Under the pieces are notes generated by a model, which made no database searches, was not told the origin of the DNA, and worked only from the letters and a program-made list of their open reading frames with translations. Of a DNA stretch of 44,231 bases, positions 1 to 44,231 are shown one piece after another. Position numbers and translations under genes: made by a program. The stretch is from contig NW_021829910.1 in NCBI RefSeq assembly GCF_006345805.1, positions 1 to 44,231 on the forward strand. Reading direction: 5' to 3'. Each line of letters begins with the position of its first letter. Position 1 is the stretch's first letter. This stretch comes from Octopus sinensis. Lineage: Eukaryota.

Positions 1-3
1 ATA

Positions 4-47
<44 letters not shown>

Positions 48-61
48 TAATAATAATAATA

Positions 62-94
<33 letters not shown>

Positions 95-118
95 TAATAA
101 TAATAATGATAATAATAA

Positions 119-790
119 CGCTCTGATGCAGTACCAGGCAGTTGCTCTCATGGCTTCTGATTTTAACTGATTGCGAATGTTATCACGTACATTGTTTTGT
201 CTTGGTATAATTAAACCTCAAAGAATTCCTCTCAACACATGGCTATGATGCTCCCCCACTACTTCTGCTCGTGATCAGAGATGCACATATCGTCACCCAC
301 AAAGGGACATGCTCAACTGGTTAAGGTCAAACAACTGACAAGCAAATCTGTGGTATTGAGCCGAATATTTGCTTGTCAGTTGTTTGACCTTAACCAGTTG
401 AGCATGTCCCTTTGTGGGTGACGATATGTGCATCTCTGATCACGAACAGAAGTAGTGGGGGAGCATCATAGCCATGTGTTGAGAGAAATTCTTTGAGGTT
501 TGAATAATTCGCCTCTGGAAACATGGGTGTTTCGTTCAACATCCTTAAACAACCCTTATTCAGGGACCTTTTGAGTGGGATGGGTTACTCGACCAGAAGA
601 AAATTCTAACTGGGCCCCACCTGCAAGGTCATGTGCTGTTTATCTTAATATGAAATCACCATTTCGCGCACATATGCTTTTGATGCATGTACCTAGTGTT
701 CCCTTACCAGATGGGTAGTCATGCTGGGGATACTGGGCTTCGTATATTTGTACCCCAGTGTCACTTTGATGGCATGCGCTGCTCTCTCAC
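119..790 (+). mobile_element. (TAA)n-associated non-coding interspersed repeat (retroposon-like) with internal inverted duplication
   Basis: Flanked by (TAA)n on both sides; a diverged copy lies in opposite orientation at ~15931-16432. Confidence 0.75.
213..501. repeat. Long inverted repeat: 135-bp arms (213-347, 367-501), 19-nt spacer
   Basis: aaacctcaaagaatt...ctgacaagcaaat vs atttgcttgtcag...ctttgaggttt; two mismatches seen by eye. Confidence 0.93.
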
Positions 791-1790
<1,000 letters not shown>

Positions 1791-2245
1791 TTAGATAAAT
1801 AGATATTAGTGTATACATAATTTTCAGAGCTTTTTAATTTCTGTTGTTGTCAATGTTTCTTTTGTTGTTGTTTCCTTATCCACTTTCTTTATTTTCTTGT
1901 GTCTATTTGTGTCCGCAAAGAAATTTGCTTCTTTTGATGTACGTCCATTTTTATTTGTTCATTTACGTTCATGCTTTATTCGTGTTCTCAGTAAAAGAAA
2001 AGTAAGTAAAAATGAAATCATGAAGTGTATTTAAGGAAAAATGTGTATGACCGCTTCTAAAACTGGGGTAAAGGAACAAACCTTCGTTACAATACAGTTG
2101 CTTGTGGGGTCCCATCGGATTCAACGACCCAACCGGGTTTATAACCACTGCGTATTTAGGGTCCACGAAACTCATGGTTCGTTAGTTTTGTATATATATT
2201 AGACCCCCCCCCGAGTATGGTTACAGATGTGTGTAGGAGTGAGTT

Positions 2246-2291
<46 letters not shown>

Positions 2292-2533
2292 GTATATTCT
2301 TTGATATTATTACGCGTTAAAGCTATAATATTTAATAAATTTCTTCACACTAATTTATCGAAATTTAAGTTTTTAGCTTTAAATATCCAATCATGAAAAC
2401 AAGAATATATTTGTCATGTGGAACAGGGGTGAATTGTAGTTCCTTCGGAGAATCTGCAATTTGAAGTTAATAACGTTGAAGTCTCTGACATTTCCTATTT
2501 TCTTCTTTTACAGATAAATCTACGCCTGGCAAT

Positions 2534-41595
<39,062 letters not shown>

Positions 41596-41726
41596 GTAAG
41601 TGTTATTTATTGTCTAATATAACACCACAAGGTTTATTACAAATTGATAGTTAATAAGAACATTGTATAATAGTTAATAAAAGGGAAATGTTTTGATGTG
41701 TATATATGTGTGTGCAAGTGTAAATG

Positions 41727-41786
<60 letters not shown>

Positions 41787-42025
41787 CACACATATATATG
41801 TGTATGTGTGTGCGCGTGTGTATGCACATGCGGTCGTGCACACACATACGTATTTGCACGTATATATATATATATATATATATATATAGCGATTAAGGAC
41901 AACTACTTAAGGAAAACTTAACAAGAAATTGTCAGGTAGATAGCGTAAAAACCTCATAAGAGAAAAAATTTCGAAAATAATATTTGTTACTGAACATATT
42001 AATTATATATAATTTATATATATAT

Positions 42026-42117
<92 letters not shown>

Positions 42118-42125
42118 ATATTATA

Positions 42126-42164
<39 letters not shown>

Positions 42165-43695
42165 CAAAAAGAATTCATAAGAGAAGGGCTAAATATCCTC
42201 TTCAAGAATAGCTTCTTTGTCTTCTAAGACAACTTCTATCATTCTTTGGCATGAAAGTATAGAAAGACTTAAAGGAGTTCAAGCTCTTATAAATGGACTT
42301 GATATAAACATTCAATTTACGATGGTATATAGCCATCACCAACTTCAATTCCTCGACATCCTCTTTACGAATTTCATCATCAAAATACAAACAGATACAT
42401 ACGATAAGCCTACGAACTCGAAGCCATATCTACTGTTTAATTCATGCCAAACCAGACACACTAGAATGAATATCCCCTTCAACCTAGCAAAAGGGATTTG
42501 TACTATAGTCTCTAATACAAACACCAAGGACACACGGCTACATGAACTAAAGGATACACTCCTTACCAGGAACTACCCACAATCACTAATCGATATAGGC
42601 TTTCAATGTGCCCTACAACTCAATATCCACGAACTCAGACATCCCAAGTTAAAGAAGGATTTACAGCCAATATCCTATCATCCATCTCCACATACAACCC
42701 CCTTAACAATGAAGCTCTCGACACAATCCTGCAGAACATTCACCTACGAAAAAGGGATTACAGAATGAAGTTTATCCTCCAAACGTACACCATCATAAAG
42801 GGCAAAAGACAACCAAAATCTATTAAATGTCTCTTAACATAAGCTCAAGTATATTCGAAACCACACTGAAGCCGGCAGGAAAAATTTGCAGAAGACCTGA
42901 CTGTGGTATATGCATTAACCTAACTGAGGGATAGGAATTCTCTTTCAAACATGTAGGGTAGACCAAAAACAGATGGCTAGAAAATATCCATAGCCTCATT
43001 TGGTCATGGTTGAGAATTCAATCAGTAAGTGTATTGGCAGTTGCCTCTGATAGGACCCTATGCAGGAGGTACCTGAGGTACCAGATGTCCTCATGACCCT
43101 CTCAGGAATAATGAGCGTTGAAGATGGTAGATGGATGGATATATACGTTATTAAATATAACGATTTTATGTCCCATTATATTAAGGGAAATTTAATGTTT
43201 TGGTAAACAGTCAAAGGCGTTGGAGAGCATAAATATAAAGTTGTAGCACAGAAAAAGCTGATATGGCAGACTGGAAGCCATCTAAATATTCTTTCCTAAT
43301 CTAGGCACAAGGACCGAAATTTTGGGGAATGGGGCCAGTCGATTAAATCGACCCCAGTACGCTACTGGTATTCCAAAAGGATGAAAGTCAAAGTCGACCT
43401 TGGCGGAATTTGAACTCAGAACGTAAAGACAGACGAAATACTGCTAAGCATTGCACCCGGCTAAAGTTTCTGCCAGCTTGCCGCCTTGGAAGCCATCCAA
43501 ATATTGGAAAAGAGATACCTGGATTCATGATAATTCATGACGTTTACCAAAATGGTAACACTGATGTTGCTGAAATTCCAATGTAGGAGCCGTAGATGTA
43601 GGATAGAAATTCTCTCTTTCTCTATTGCCAAGAAATCTTGAATAACAGTAAATAATGACATACATACATAATACATGCATACATGCATACATACA

Positions 43696-43726
<31 letters not shown>

Positions 43727-44231
43727 TACATACATACATAAATATGTGTATATTGGAAAAAGCACAATATTAGTGATCATATTTTTTATTGTTTATCCAA
43801 ATATTGTTTTGCTCACTTCACATTTTATGGCCTTCTTCACATTCTATATGACATTGCAACATAACTTAAATGAGATTCTCAGGTTTCATTAGGGAGTTTC
43901 CACTGCATCAATGGTTGCAACTTACAAATTTCATCCTTTTATTTGACTTGTTCAACGATTTTCACGTGTTTGTTACATCAGAATACTAAAAGAACAACAA
44001 GTGGCTTTCATGCTTCTCTCAATTGAATTTGTGACTTTATTGAAACATTTCCAAATGAACATAAAAATAGGTTTATAGTCTTTGTTAATAATTTGCTTTA
44101 TATGTCTAACATGTATTGATTTCAATACTAACACGTATACATTTTTTTTTACAACATAAAGAAAATATTTCTTGTTATTGCTATGCATTGCATTATTTGG
44201 TTCATAAATACAGATATTTACTTGTATTCTG

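Overview
Eukaryotic, AT-rich, microsatellite-laden genomic DNA; the SINE and LINE content points to an octopus/cephalopod (inference). Almost all ORF-track entries are microsatellite translations or retrotransposon debris. Splicing by hand reveals one large + strand gene the track misses, with 14 coding exons in the window, all GT-AG and phase-compatible. It encodes signal peptide - LRRNT - six 72-nt single-LRR exons - LRRCT - three tandem 92-aa, 12-Cys Ly6/uPAR (three-finger, LYPD6-like) modules, and a fourth module starts just past the window end. Both halves of the ectodomain grew by intragenic tandem duplication: four LRR exons share flanking introns, and the LU modules sit in 4.9-9 kb repeat units. 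Duplicated LRR exons are far more diverged than their introns, almost entirely by amino-acid replacement, suggesting a diversifying recognition receptor. Introns carry Dong/R4-like LINEs stacked in a (TAA)n array, Penelope-like and RTE fragments, SINEs, a 135-bp-arm palindrome, and a minisatellite built from an RT YMDD motif. The C-terminus is outside the window.
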